Shown in pieces: positions 39,378 through 53,422 of a DNA stretch of 64,000 bases (positions are counted from its first letter, which is position 1; every line of letters starts with the position of its first letter). Below the pieces are notes generated by a model. It searched no databases. It worked only from the letters and a program-made list of their open reading frames with translations, and was not told the DNA's origin. This DNA comes from Raja brachyura (Eukaryota): NCBI GenBank assembly GCA_963514005.1, contig OY740798.1, positions 23,436,001 through 23,500,000 of the forward strand, in the 5' to 3' direction. The position numbers were made by a program, and so were the translations under genes.

Positions 39378-40219
39378 TCTAACTAATGTCCCTCTCCTCG
39401 CCTGTTCCCCTTGGTGCCCCAGAGGGGCCTCCCACAGCCGACCTTGAGGTTGCAGAAGTAAAGACCCCGGTTCACACTCCTACTAGCCTTGCTCCTCACG
39501 TTCACCATCGCTGGCATGCTCCTCTCTGGTAACTGTTTTTTGGGGGGACAAGTAGAGGCCGGCTTGGCGGTTTCTCCCTACAAGCCGCGGATCTCCGGCT
39601 CTTCGTATTGTACCTATCTTTGCAGTACAGATCATTTGTTTCTCCAAACCTATTATGCCTGGGACTCTCATCCGAAGCCTGAGTCTGTTTAGTTAGACAC
39701 TTTGCAGGGTACATGACACATGCGTTTTTCTTCTGAATTTCTCCACAGAGACACAAAGTCAAGTCGGATAAGCGCTAGGATTTGGAGAAGTTCATGTTCA
39801 GAGTGGCAACTCAAACACAAAAAAAAGTATCTGGGTTTTCAAATTACTAAATGTAACTGCAACGTCGTAGGCCCAATCCCTCCACAGATGGTGCCTGATC
39901 CACTGGGTATGGAGGGAACACTTTTAAGCTTCTGTACCTTCTGCTAGACGGGAGCACGTAGAAGAAGGAATGACCGGGGTAGGACAAATCTTTGATGATG
40001 TTGGCAGCATGAAGTGTAGATTTGGTCAATAGTGGGAAGTATGGTCTGTGTGACTAACTAGGCTAGATCTACAATCTCTACAATTTCTTGAGGTCCTGGG
40101 CAGAGCAGTTCCCAAATTTCATTCAATGTTCACATTTCACTCAATGTGCTGGTGTAGAAAATCATGTCCTGAAAAATGATCTTTTGTATTCATTATTATT
40201 TATGTGTACACATTCACAG

Positions 40220-40722
40220 GTTCTTAAGTGATAGGAGCAGAATTAGGCCATTCAGCCCATCAAGTTTACTCCACCATTCAATCATAGCTAATCAAGAATC
40301 TATCCACAGTATCTCTGCTTTAAAAATATCCATTGACGGCCTCCACAGCCTTCTGTGGCAATGAATTCCAAAGATTCACCAGCATCTGACTAAAGAAATT
40401 CCTCCTAATCTCCTAAAGGAACGTCCTTTAATTCTGAGGCTATGACCTCTGGTCCTAGACTCTCCCAACTAGACTCTCTCAATAGTGGAAACATCCTCTC
40501 CACATCCACTCCTTTCACTATTTTGTAAGTTTCAATGAGGTCCCCCATCATCCTTCTAAACTCCAGCGAGCAGAGACCCAGTGCCATCAAGTGCTCATCA
40601 TATGTTAACCTCATTCCTGGGATTATTTTTGTAAACCTCTTCTGGGGCCCCTCAGCACCACCACATCCTTCCACAGATATGAGGTCTAACATTGCTCACA
40701 ATACTCCAAATGCGGCCTGACC
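40220..40722 (-). mobile_element. CR1 3' fragment
   Basis: RFTKIIPG...SLEFRRMMGDLIETYKI. Confidence 0.8.
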
Positions 40723-41570
40723 AGCGCTACCTTTACATCGGCAGGAGCAAGCATACACAAGACGACTATTTCGCCCAACACGTGTGCCCGGTCTACCGGT
40801 TGCTAACCATTTTAACTCTCCTTCCCATCCACATACCGACTATTCTATCCTTGGCCTCCTCCATTGGCAGAGTGAGGCCAAACACACACTCGAAGAACAG
40901 TTCATATTCGACTTGGGTAGCCTACAACCCAACAGTATAAACAACAAAATTTCCCATTTTAAGTAATACCCCCACTCCAGTGTGCACATATTTCTCCACC
41001 ATCCCGGTCAGTCTGCTCCAATCTCCAATCACTCATCCCCCCCACCTCTCCCATTCCCAAGTCCCATATTTTATTTTGATTCCCCCACGTTTTCCTCTTT
41101 CCCCCCCTGTGGAATGGAGAAAGGAATGAAGAAGGGAGGATGTGGCCAGTAGTGGGATCACGTTGGTGGCGAAAATGTTGGAGGATTCTGTGCTGTATGC
41201 GACGGCTTATGGGGGTGGAAGGTGAGGACAAGGGGGATGGGAATGGGGGGAGGGGGAGCAAGAGCGGAGCTGCGGGATATCGAGGAGACCCTCGTGAGAA
41301 CCTCATCTATAAAGGAAGAGGGGAACCCGTTTCCTTAAGACTGAGGACATTTCCGATGATCTTGTATGGAAAACCTCATCCTGGGCGCAGATGCGGTATA
41401 GACGGAAGAATTGGGAGTAGGGGATAGAGTTTTTACAGGAGGTAGGGTGGAAAGAAGTGTAGTCCAGATAGCTATTGGAGTTGGTAGATTGATGCTGCCT
41501 GTCCTGCTAAGTTACTCCAGCATTTTGTGTCTACCTTTGCTTTAAAACAGCATCTGCAGTTCATTACTAA
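40723..41570. mobile_element. Penelope-like remnants
   Basis: LYIGRSK...PVANHFNSPSH...LEEQFIFDLGSLQP, an inverted RT C-terminal piece and a terminal repeat. Confidence 0.75.
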
Positions 41571-44500
41571 ACATTTTGCCATGATGTAAAAAGGAATCTT
41601 CTGAGCAAATCCTGGAGTTTGATACTGGAAATCTCCTCCGGTGTAAACTAGTTGCCCAACATGGGAGCTAATTTTATGCTTCATAATCCCACTTCCATTC
41701 CACCTTGACCACGACCTAGTCCAAACACAATCTCCTGCCTCCTCTTTCACTGATCACCTAACTGACCACAGGTGCCCCTCAGCTAATCTGTTGCCTGACT
41801 CCACTTTTATTCCCCAGTAGCTGATCAAGACCCCTGCCTCAACAGAGGAAAATAAAGATCAGCCATAATTTAATGTTGGAGTAGACTTGATAGGCCGAAT
41901 GCCCTAATTTTGTACCTATCATTTATGAACAGTGATCTGCCTGATTCTTGAGGTCCTGATCCTTCTCAGCACCATCTGACGAAAGCCTTGGGTTGCATGG
42001 ATGACTGAATTTTGCAGCTGCAAGCCCTCAAACAAATCATCCAGTGGTCAACCATACACTGTGTTTAATGTGCCATTGCAGGTATCATACTAAGTTTAGA
42101 CTGAGTATCATACTTAGTATCATACTAAGTTTCTTCTCATGTGGATATGGTGAGTTAACAAAACAGCTTCCCTTTAGTTCATCTTTTTCCACAGCACAGA
42201 CATTGGCGTTACAGAACTCCAAAAAAAGATGTTACGAAGTTGGGGAAAAAAGTAATTATATAAATATATTTTTGCTCTCCAATTGTCCATTTAGAAATTG
42301 AACTTTTTCATTTTCAATTTCATTTTTCCCAGCATCTTATTTTCAATATAAAGCTCCCTCAAATGATGCCATCAGCAAGGCATCATTGAATCTTAACTCC
42401 AGTGAGATTTTTAAACTGACCACTGACAGTTCTTAGTTTTTGAGAAACCAATCATTGAAGAGTATTAACATGGAATAGATGCTGGCTGACTTGCTGAATA
42501 TTTCTGTCATTTTCAGATTTTAGTTCAGATTATTTGGACCCCAGTTTTCTTGAAACCAGGCTACCTAAAGGCCAATACATACACTGTATTCTTTGTCCTT
42601 GGTGTTGGAGGAGGCCTTGTTGCAATTGCAGGATCATTCCAGGATGATGCTGCTAATCGTCATCACTGAAATATGGAAGTCATTAACATTTCTGCTACTT
42701 TCTCGTCAGCCTACTGAAGCAGGTAGAGTGGACAGTAAACATTTTGAAAGTTGCATGCTTGCCCAAATACAAGCTTCATTCATTTTTAACAGAAGCCTTG
42801 GAAATGCCCTTTCAGGAGCACCTGGTAGAAGTAGGCCTTCACAAGCTTGTGAGACCTGCTTATCATTACTTAAAAGGGCCTTTGTGGTCCCCATGCAAAA
42901 AGAACATGCCTACTATATATGCACCGCTCATTTCCTGCCCATTCAGGTTCCTCAAGGAGCATTCTCCAAGCCACATTTCTACCATTGCAACAACCATTCA
43001 TAAAGTTGCATTAATTTTCTCGAGTTGGAACAGTTGCTTATAGTATATTATACCTTGAGAACTGGCTGTACAGATCACGCCTCCATGGCTAAGGAGCAGC
43101 CATTTGTGCTAAAACGGACACATCTTAGTATTATAGACGGAAACACAACAATGCTGTTTTGTGAACTGCCACCTTTTTAGGACATTTTTAGAATTTTTTG
43201 AAAACTCTTACATTTTATGAAACGTTGAAACTTGAAAACACATCTTTCTCTCTTTCCATACTTGTAAATGGTTCTATTGTATATACCTTGGTTTATTAGT
43301 TTATTATTATTGTCATGTACACTGAGTTACAGTGAGAAACTTTTATTTGTGTGTTATCCAGGTAAATACAACCATTTATGATTATAATCAAAACCATACA
43401 TTAATGCAATAGATAGTCCAAATAGAAAGGAAACCAAGTGCAGAATATACTGTTGCAGCTACAGAAAAAGTGCAGGTAAAAAGGTGCAAGAGCTAAAACA
43501 AGGTAGATGGGCGGGGATGGGAAGAGTGGTCAGCCATATGTGCTTAGCTTGTGGAAGGTCTGATAATGGTGTCAGTTAATAGTGGGGAAGAGTCTGGTTG
43601 TATGTGCTCTCAAAAGTTTGTATCATCTGCCCACTGGAAGAGGGGAGCAGACGAACTGACCAGGGTGTGAGTGGTCCTTAATTATATAGACTGCTTTCCC
43701 AGAGCAACGTGGTAGTGTAGATAGAATCAACAGGGTTATGCCATGATATGTCAACTTTTCTATACAATATCTTTCCCAATAAAGGCAAATGTGTCAATTC
43801 GTCACCACATTGTTCACCCACCTTGCCATTTTCAGGGAACCATGCACCTACACCCCCAGATCTCTCTGATCTGCAATACTCTCCAGGATCTGTCCTGATT
43901 TAACAGGCCAAAGTGCAACACCTCTTATCAGATTTAAATTCTATTTGCCATTCCTTGGTCCTCCTTCCCAACTGATATGGATCCTGTTGGTTAACTTGGA
44001 TATCCTTCCTCACTGTCTTTTGTACCACTAATTTTGATGTCATCTGCAAATTTACTAACAATGTTAACTGCATTTTCATTCAAACTATGAATGTATATGT
44101 GTCTTTTTACAATACTGCACAAAAAATTGCGACAAAGGGGGTCAAATTGCAAATTTCTTCCAAAACGTTGACAAGCACTTTATTGGGTTCATAACTAACA
44201 TAGTATCAACAAATAATATAAGAAAATATAGCACATTAATGGCAAGTTTCCGAAAATAGCATCGGAATACACAAATACATTTTGTGTAATGGTTGTCGCA
44301 TGGTTGGCACAGTAAGTGCTCGTATTTCTTATTCCTTTCTATGTTATTCCTTATTCCTTTCTATGTTTCTGAATACCACATGAAACAATAAAATTGCAAA
44401 CACTTCTATAAATTGATTTTAAAAAGTAGGCAAATATATCGTAAATGGTTGTTGCCTTTTTGACACCACGATGTTTTAGATATATTAAATTGGAAAATAA

Positions 44501-45918
44501 GAAATAATAATTAACTTGCCCAAAAATCACTACTACCATAGGATACCTCATTGGGTTTTTGGAAGGCAGAGGTTTGGAGCCTCCATGATTTAACTTACAG
44601 AGGTACCGACCCCGATAATGGTCATTGTGGCAATGGACACCATCGCAACGACTGTTACGGGATCTTTACTGTACTGTATTATCTTGATGTTACTGTATTC
44701 TAATTTATATCTGTTATTTATAAGGTTTCACATGATGGGTAGATATTTGTTAAGAACAGTGTATTGGTATCAAAAACTGAATAATAATCTTGTCCCTCAA
44801 AATCTCTCTAGTAATGTAAAAAGACAGTATAACAAACAAATGAAGGACGTATATCACATTATTTACTCTGAGGCATTGTGTTTTTTCCATTACGTCATAC
44901 ATGCGTGTAAAAAGCCAAAGCTACTTTGGGTAAAGGAAGGTGTTGCATGAACATTTAGTTAACAACAAATTGGAAAGTCATGTAAAAGTTGAAAAACAGC
45001 AGTTTAAAAGCATTTCAGAATACAATATTTTATGAGCTAATTACATCTTAAGTAGTTGAATAAATACCTAGATTTACTCTACAAAAATGAGTAATGTAGA
45101 ATATAAGGTTGGATAAGTTTAATGGAGACTTGACTTTGTTCATGAATTCGAGTCAAGCAGAACTTTGGATTCAAGTAGTAGTAAACTATCATTCAATAAA
45201 CACTTACAATTTTATTTTATTTTATTATTCTTATGTGGCAGTTACTTTATTTCGGTTGAGGGGAAGGAATGAAGGTAGAAATGATGTAAAAGCATGACTA
45301 TTTGAGAATGTTGAGCGCATTGCACTAGTTCACAGCTGGTTCAGAACTGCTGGTATTTAGATATTCAATCTGAGCTGGGTACTGGACTTGCACATATATT
45401 CTGTGAGTCCAAGATTTACTGACAGATTTGGGGACAGAATCTGCCATCTGTAATTCAATGTTTGGTCCATGTTGATTCAGATTTACCATAGGATCTGAAA
45501 CCCATTTATTTCTGTGGAGATTCTGGATCTACTGGATCTGGATTAGTAATCCAAGAGACCTTGAAATTGGTTGTTCATGGCAATTTTGATGATACAGGCA
45601 ACCTGCTTCTGCCCCAAGTTAGAAGAAGCAAGTGGGGGCTGCTGGGCGTAATTCTGGGTAACTGGACTAATCCCACACAATTAGCCCAGCATTTTTGCCA
45701 TGATTTCAAAATTTCAAACGGGCAAATAACATAATAATGATATAAAAGCAATAAATAAACAAATTCACAATATTTCGAAACAAGCTAATTCAGTAGAAGT
45801 GTCATTCAGTTCAAGTTAGTTTTAAAAGATTTTTATTCTTTAAAAAACAAACCACAAATTCAACATATTTTCACAATTGGAACTGGATGTCAGGACCAGT
45901 GATATTATGAAGTTCTTT

Positions 45919-46072
45919 AGGAATGGGTGATATTTCTTCAGACTGAAGAAGGGGTTCGACCCGAAATGTCACCCATTCCTTCTATCCAGTGATACTGCCT
46001 GCCCCGCTGAGTTACTCTAGCGTTTTGTGTCTATCTTCTGTGTAAACCAGCATCTGCAGTTCCTTCTTACAC
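45919..46072 (+). mobile_element. Penelope-derived mini insertion with a hammerhead core
   Basis: 15-bp TSD ATTATGAAGTTCTTT (45904-45918, 46073-46087); CTGAAGA-AGGGGTTCGACCC-GAAA-TGTC at 45943-45970. Confidence 0.8.
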
Positions 46073-46151
46073 ATTATGAAGTTCTTTGCCTGGACATTAA
46101 CCTCTGGGGGGTGGTAACACTAACCACACTATATAATGGCATCATCAGTTA

Positions 46152-46385
46152 AGGGCGTGTCCCACTTGGGCGCCATTTGCGTATCACGCAGGTTGCGAGC
46201 GAAGATTTTGTGAATCCCAAAATCCTGGGGCGCCCCGGACGACCGCGCGTCACTGCCTACATCACCACGCACTGTGCGCACTTAATGCATGGCATGCACA
46301 CGTAATGCACGCTATGCGCGCATCATGACGCGTAAATGATGTCACGTAAATGATGCACAAATAACGCCCAAGTGGGACAGGCCCT
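46152..46385. mobile_element. PIF/Harbinger-type MITE
   Basis: TIRs AGGGCGTGTCCCACTTGGGCG / CGCCCAAGTGGGACAGGCCCT, TTA TSD, empty site present at ~48101-48112. Confidence 0.9.
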
Positions 46386-46937
46386 TTAGTTTACAACCCA
46401 CAAAACCAGAGTGGAAGTAAATCATCCTTGATTGATGACTTTTAAGACATAAATTTTGATGCATTTTTGTCAGACTGCCATTCTGTTTAGTTGCTGACTA
46501 TTGAAAGAGGTCAAACTGGTCTATAAATGATTCATGACGCAAGTGTATTGTTTGAATGTGCCCAAAATAAAGTTTAACAAAAAGAATTGTGCCTGAAAAT
46601 CATTTGACTTATAGAAGCGTGGTCAGATGAATTAAACTGAGCTACATAAATGATCTGTAACATGGTCTGTAAACACAATGGAATTAAATTATGCGTGAGG
46701 GAGATGGGGAAGTACTGGTAAAATATTTTAAAAGAAGCCTCAATTTGATGCAATTGTTATGATGTTGAATTTTATGTAACTGGTAATGTTTCTGTCTCAT
46801 CAGTAACATTTTAAAAATATGAAAAATTGATGGTCCATATGTATTTAAATTATGTGTGGAAAGTAGAAACTACACAACCACACAAATGGTTACCATGTGT
46901 TTAATGTTAATACATTATAAGAACCTACAGAATTTAT

Positions 46938-48035
46938 GTTCTCTGGGTCTCTGCGCATCCCTCTGCAATTGGATCCTCGACTTCCTTATTCACAGACCAC
47001 AGTCTGTTCGTATTGGTGGAAATGTGTCAGACTCGATAACAATCAGCACGGGAGCACCTCAAGGCTGCGTGCTCAGCCCCCTGCTGTACTCACTCTATAC
47101 TCATGACTGCGTAGCCAGTCATAGTGTGAACTCCATCATCAAGTTCGCTGACGACACCACTGTTGTGGGACGTATCACTGATGGGGATGAGTCAGAGTAT
47201 AGAAGAGAGATCGAGCGACTGTCCATATGGTGCCAGCACAATAACCTGGCCCTCAACACCAGCAAAACCAAGGAACTGATTGTTGACTTTGGAAGGAGTA
47301 GGATGGGGACCCACAGTCCTGTTTATATCAATGGGTCGATGGTTGAAAGGGTCAAGAGCTTCAAATTCCTGAGCGTGCACATCTCTGAAGATCTTTCCTG
47401 GTCCGTGAACACAGATGCAATTATTAAGAAAGCTCATCAGCGCCTCTACTTCCTGAGAAGATTACGGAGAGTCGGTCTGTCAAGGAGGACTCTCTCTAAC
47501 TTCTACAGGTGCACAGTAGAGAGCTTGCTGACCGGTTGCATCGTGGCTTGGTTCGGCAACTTGAGGACCCTGGAGAGGAAAAGACTACAAAAAGTAGTAA
47601 ACACTGCCCAGTCCATCATCGGCTCTGACCTTCCTTCCATCGAGGGGATCTATCACAGTCGCTGCTTCAAAAAGGCTGGCAGCATCATCAAGGACCCACA
47701 CCACCCTGGCCACACACTCATCTCCCTGCTACCTTCGGGTAGAAGGTACAGGAGCCTTAGGACTGACATGACCAAGTTCAGGAATAGCTACTTCCCCACA
47801 GCCATCAGGCTATTAAACTTGGCTCGGACAAAACTCTGAACATTAATACCCCTCTATCTGTTATTTGCACTTTATCAATTTATTCATTCATGTGTGTATT
47901 TACGTATATAATGGTATATGGACACACTGATCTGTTTTATAGTCAATGCCTACTATGTTCTGTTGTGCTGAAGCAAAGAAAGAATTTCATTGTCCTGTGA
48001 GGGACACATGACAATAAACTCACTTGACTTTGACT
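46938..48035 (+). mobile_element. Rex1/Babar LINE 3' half with an open RT frame
   Basis: ORF 46856-47839: [20 protein letters not shown]...[10 protein letters not shown]...[12 protein letters not shown]; TGACAATAAA and a (CTTGA)n-like tail. Confidence 0.93.
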
Positions 48036-51000
48036 TTGTTCATCTTTGCCTGGAAATTTACCCCTGGGGGTTAATAGCACTAAACACACTATATAACGGC
48101 ATCATCAGTTAGCTCAGAATCCACAAAACCAACGTGGAAGCAACTAATTCCTGATCCCAAGGGACTGTTTAAGAACAAAGAAGCATATATTGACATTATA
48201 CTTTACTTTTCTTTCAAAATTCCACAAAGGAACTAATTTTGCATGCAAAGTACTAGGAAGGAAATTTCTCGTTTATATCCTCAGGACAACGCAAAGAATT
48301 GTTTTGTTAGTGGACTGCCTTTGTATTAGTTCTACTGTTGTTTTATAACCATTAATAAATATAAAGATTTCCAGACATAAAGAATGAATTACAATATCAT
48401 TATTTTATTGAATTTGGCTGATTAAATGATACTGGCTGAGATTTTGTCCACTTAAATTGGCAGAAGATGAGATCAGCACCAGTGCATTATTCCCCCGGAA
48501 GTACACTAATTAACCAAGAATATATGTTAAACTCTGATGTGGAGCTTGAATACACATTCTTGAAAGGACAATTAATCTTCTGAACTAATTTACTGAAAGT
48601 GGATCAATAATTCAAACAGCATTGTCAATAGAAATTGAAAGAAAGCTGAAAACATCTAGAGCAGAAGCTGGTCAATTCTCAATCTTTGATATTTATTAAT
48701 AAACTTAGCAGTGAATGGATTTTGGCCTGATAGTTTCCTGGTCAAAAAACAATGATGAACTATTTTCCGAGGAAATATATACATTTTGATGCTGATTCAT
48801 CAAACTGCCTTTCTGTTCAGTTGCTGACTATGAAAGAGGACAGATTGGACTATAAATGCTTCATGACATAAGTGATATGAATAGGCCCAAGGCAAAGCTG
48901 TAATTGTGTTTACAAAGCAGCTGGCTTATCAGTAGTTTGGCCAAAATAATACAGATGAAATAAACTGGGCCTACATAAATAATCTCACTTCCATGTCCAT
49001 AAATAAGGTGGAATTGAATTAAATGTGAGGGAGACCGAATAGGTGCTTGTTTGACGGATGCAAAGACGACAACCAAGTTTTGCGAACTTATTTATTCAGA
49101 CAATAGCTCCCTGGCTTACAGGTCTCTGCAAACACGTCTGACCACAACGGTGGTCAGCAACACAACTGAGGCGCGAATGCGAAACTGTGCGGAAAACTCC
49201 CGAGTCACGTGACCGCTGCTTCTGAACGCCAGGTTCGATTCCTGCATGCGCCAGCAGGCACCCCTACATGCCCCCCCCCCCCCCCCCCCAGAATCCGCGG
49301 TACGGAAACGCAGGGTAACTGGACGGTTCGACCGGAACGCGTAGTCGGAGCGTAACATTAGGGACCAGCAAAACAGAACCGGAGGGACGCGACAAACACG
49401 AACGAGGGACGGGCGTAACAGAGGGGACCGGTGAAACATATCCGGGGGTAACAGGTGCAGAGGGCGGCAAAACGGCCGGCAGACGCCCTTTACGCCGTGG
49501 AATGGCCACAGCCACCGGGCTATCCTCGTCGACGTGGGCTAGCTTAAGGCACTGACGGAAACAAAGTCCTCCTGCCCCCCATGTCCAACGTGAACGTGGA
49601 AATACCAGCCTCTAGCACCCTGTAGGGACATTCATATACCCACTGCAACGGCGAGCAGTGAGCATCCCTACGAAAGAAAACATAAGCACAATCCCGTAAC
49701 ATAGTTGGCACATGTCGGGAAGTGGGAACCGGGACCAACGCGCGTGCTCGCTCACAAAGGTCAGCTAGCACCGCCGAAGCCAGGACCTCCTGATTGCAGG
49801 TGGCGGGCAGAAAATCCCCAGGTATCCGCAAAACCGAGCCATAAACCAGCTCAGCCGAGGAGGAGTCGAGGTCTTTCTTAGGTGTGGTTCTGATGCCCAG
49901 GAGAACCCAGGGCAACTGGTCAACCCAATCGGGGCCGGTGAGCCGGGCCTTCAACGCCGACTTAAGGTGTCTGTGAATAAACCGTTCGACTCGGATGATA
50001 AGCGGTAGTCTGGTGCAGCTTCGCGCCATACAGCTGCGCCATACCACACAACAGGGAGGACGTGAACTGGGCCCCACGATCGGTAGTAATATCTGAAGGG
50101 ACCCCGAAACGAGCGATCCAATTGGAGACAATAGAGCGTGCACAAGCCTCAGCGGAGGTATCAGTGAACGGTATTGCCTCCGCCCAACTGGTGAACCTAT
50201 CTACGATAGTTAGTAAGTGAGTGGCCCCACGCGAACACGGCAAGGGACCGACCAGGTCAACATGGATGTGCAGGAACCTGCCGTCTGGAACAGCAAAATC
50301 CTGCCCGTCGGGCACACATGCCTCTGCACCTTGGAGGTCTGGCAGGGGATACAAGCGCGGGCCCATGCTGCGAACCTGCTTTCGCAACCCGTGCCAGACG
50401 AACTTGGAAGCAACCATGGCAGAGGTGGTGCGGATGGACGGGTGAGCTAGGCTGTGGATGGTGTCGTAATTCCGACGCCTCCAAGCAATCGGGACGATCG
50501 GGCAGGCTTTACCCGTTGATACATTGCAAATTACTCGCACACCATTGGTGCCACAAGGCACCTCAGCCAGCTCGAGACCCGATTAAGCATTGCGGTAATC
50601 CTCCATGCTGGCATCCACACCTAGGTTTAAAGCAGAAACCTCAGGGACTGGAGGACAGGATAGCGCGTCGGCCACAACGTTCAGCTTCCCTGCCACATGC
50701 TGAATGTCAGAAGTGAACTCGGATATGTAGGTGAGGTGCCACTGTTGCCTGGCAGACCAGGGGTTGGACACTTTATTCTAAGCGAACATGAGCGGCTTGT
50801 GGTCCATGAATGCGGTAAGCGCGCGACCCTCCAGCAAATAACGGAAATGGCGGATCGCTAAGTAAAGTGCGAGGATCTCCCAATCGAAAGCACTATACTT
50901 GATCTCCGGGGGCCTGCAGCTGCCTGCTGAAAAACGCCAGCGGCAGCCAGTGGTTACCCACCCGCTGCTCGAAGACATCACCCACCTCGACGTCCGACGC

Positions 51001-51603
51001 ATCCACGGTGAGAGCCGTGAGGGCCGATGCCCTAGGGTGTACCAGCATGGTGGTGTTGGCCAGCGCGGCCTTAGCCCCTCAAAAGCTATCCCTGCCTCCT
51101 TGGATCAAACCAGGTCCTTAGGCTTGCCTGCCAGACATTGGAACAGCAGCCGCTGACGGAACGAATCGGTGGTAGAAATTGACCATTCCGATGAATTCCT
51201 GCAGGCCCTTGATGGATAGTGGCCTCGGAAAGCAACGGATTGCGTTGACCTTCACAGGCAGCTGTTGCGTGCCATGGCAGGTTATGCTGTGACCTAAAAA
51301 GCAGATGGAGAGCAATCCAAACTGGCACTTCGCGGGGTTGATCACCAACCCGTGCTTACGCAGCCTTTCGAAGAGCAGGCGGAGGTGGTTAACGTGTTCA
51401 GCCTGCGAGCTGCTGGCCACCAGAATATCTTCGAGATAGATGAATATGAATGGCAAACCCCGCCCGACCTGATCCATTAACCTTTGGAGCGCTTGCGCGG
51501 CGTTCTTCAGGCCAAAAGGCATTCTAAGCCATTCAAAAAGGCCGAAGAGGGTGATGGTGGCTGTCTTAGGGACGTCGTCGGTATGGACCGGAATTTGATT
51601 ATA

Positions 51604-52599
51604 TAGGTATGTTGCAAAACTTACCTTGAGCAGCGCTGCACTTCTGCCGCTCCCCGTGTGCGCGACTTTGGCGCCTTTCAGAGGGCGGCGGGCTTAAAGT
51701 GCCGTTTTTCAACAGGCAGGACAAATCGATGAATGTCGGGCGATTTGGTTGCGGAAGAAAAATCGCTCCGACATTTCATGAATGAAGGTATTTTTAAATT
51801 ACTCTAAATTATTTATTAACTGACAACCGGAAGGATTTTGCGTAGGGGAGAAAAAAAGGTAAATAGTTTATTTTTATATTAAAAGTTGGTTTTTCGGGAG
51901 GCTTTAATAATATTTTTATGTTGCGAAATGGGGTCCCAAAAAATCTATGAACAAACAGTATTTTTCCTCCCGACTTCACCGCTAACCGCAACGTTCCAAT
52001 CCACCGCATTCCACTAAAACCCACTCGCTTGTTCATTTAAATGGCCATTAATTTACAGGAATCAAACACTAAATTCCTTCCATTTGGCCCAGAAATTCAT
52101 GAAAATGAGATTTAAAAATTATGTTATATTGTGGATTATTGTGTGAATGTTATTTGGACACTTAGGCAATTTAAAAAAAGTTTATCTTTTCTTAAGAAAT
52201 GGATAGATGTTTAGATCTACTCATTGAATTTTGTAATTAGCTACAATTAGATAACTAACTAATTATATGCTTTAATTTCAGGTCATCCAAGTAAGATTGT
52301 TTCATATTTGTTTCAGAATGCTTCAATCTATAATAACTGAAAATGTCATTGAGTTCTCTTAAATTTTTAAGAAAGTTATGGGCTTTTAGCTGTTCCAGAT
52401 CACAGCTTTTGAGTTAAGTCAATTGAAAGGCAATGGGGAGCAAGATGCTAATTTCCGAGTATGAAAATTGCCAAAACTTTCTTAATACTGAAGATATGAA
52501 AGTAAATTAGGTGTCAAATTAAACTTATTTTTATGCTTTATCTGATGGGATAAATTGCAGACTTGATTTTTTAAATCTCAAAATTTTGTAACATTGCTA
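51604..52599. mobile_element. Non-autonomous DNA transposon with 7-bp TSD
   Basis: Termini TAGGTATGTTGCAAAA / TTTTGTAACATTGCTA; TSD GATTATA (51597-51603, 52600-52606); splits the Gypsy RT motif DLVRGYNQIP. Confidence 0.92.
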
Positions 52600-52796
52600 G
52601 ATTATACCCACGGACGAGGTCAACCTTCGAGAAGAAGGCGGCACCCTCCAAATGAGCCGAGAAAACATGGATGTTTGGGACTGGGTACTGATCTGCTGTG
52701 GTTACCGCATTTAGATGCCTGTAATCACCGCAAGGTCTCCAACCTCTGGACGCTTTGAGCACCATATGCAGAGGGGAAGCCCAAGGGTTATCCGAC

Positions 52797-53422
52797 GCCT
52801 TACAAGGGAGTCCTCCCCCTTTACATTGTGGGCCTGGGGTGGAGAGTGTTGCACAAAGCCGTAGCCTGTAACAGGTACTTGAGCTGGTTCACGGACTCGT
52901 CCGCCGTCTATCACTTCTGTGGCGAGGAAGAGACCGTGTTCCATGTCTACGTGGAGTGTTCGAGATTGCAGCCCCTGTTCGAGTATCTGAACGGGGGCTG
53001 CTCCTCATGTTTTGGCTCCACTTTAGTCCGACGTTTTGGGCACTCGGAACAGAGGGGGAAGGGTCAGGAGGGAGGAGGGGGGTCTCCCTGTCAGTCTGCT
53101 CCTGGGCCTGGCCAAGATGGCCATTCGTTGGATCCAGGCAACGGGCAGTGGACGGCCGTGCAACGGTCGGCTGCCTGCCCCTTTTCCAGGGTTACGTTCG
53201 TGCCCGCGTGTCCCTGGAGAGGGAACACGCGGTGTTCACGGGGACTCTGGAGGCCTTCCGTGAATGCTGGTCACCGCGGGAGGGTGAGTGTATTGTTGAT
53301 AAAAATGTTAATATTTTAATTTGATAACTTTGTAAAATGCCAATATAGGCATTCTTTGATCGTGTTACTACTTTGTATTTTTGTTTGTTCTGAGTAAAGC
53401 ATTTTGTATGGAGAAAAAAAAA
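52797..53422 (+). mobile_element. 5'-truncated Tx1 LINE inside Gypsy pol
   Basis: zf-RVT-like WRVLHKAV...FCGEEETVFHVYVECSRL; polyA tail; imperfect TSD GG(T/C)TATCCG(A/G)C. Confidence 0.8.

Noticed and set aside
42081-42132. Triple GTATCATACT repeat
   Set aside because: Short local slippage duplication with no further structure.
42593-43043. Overlapping 99-136 aa ORFs as host exons
   Set aside because: No recognisable domain, no similarity to USP6NL and no convincing splice-site pair.
46856-47839. 327-aa ORF as a domesticated host gene
   Set aside because: 5'-truncated Rex1 RT with its own LINE tail; the N-terminus is read-through from flanking DNA.
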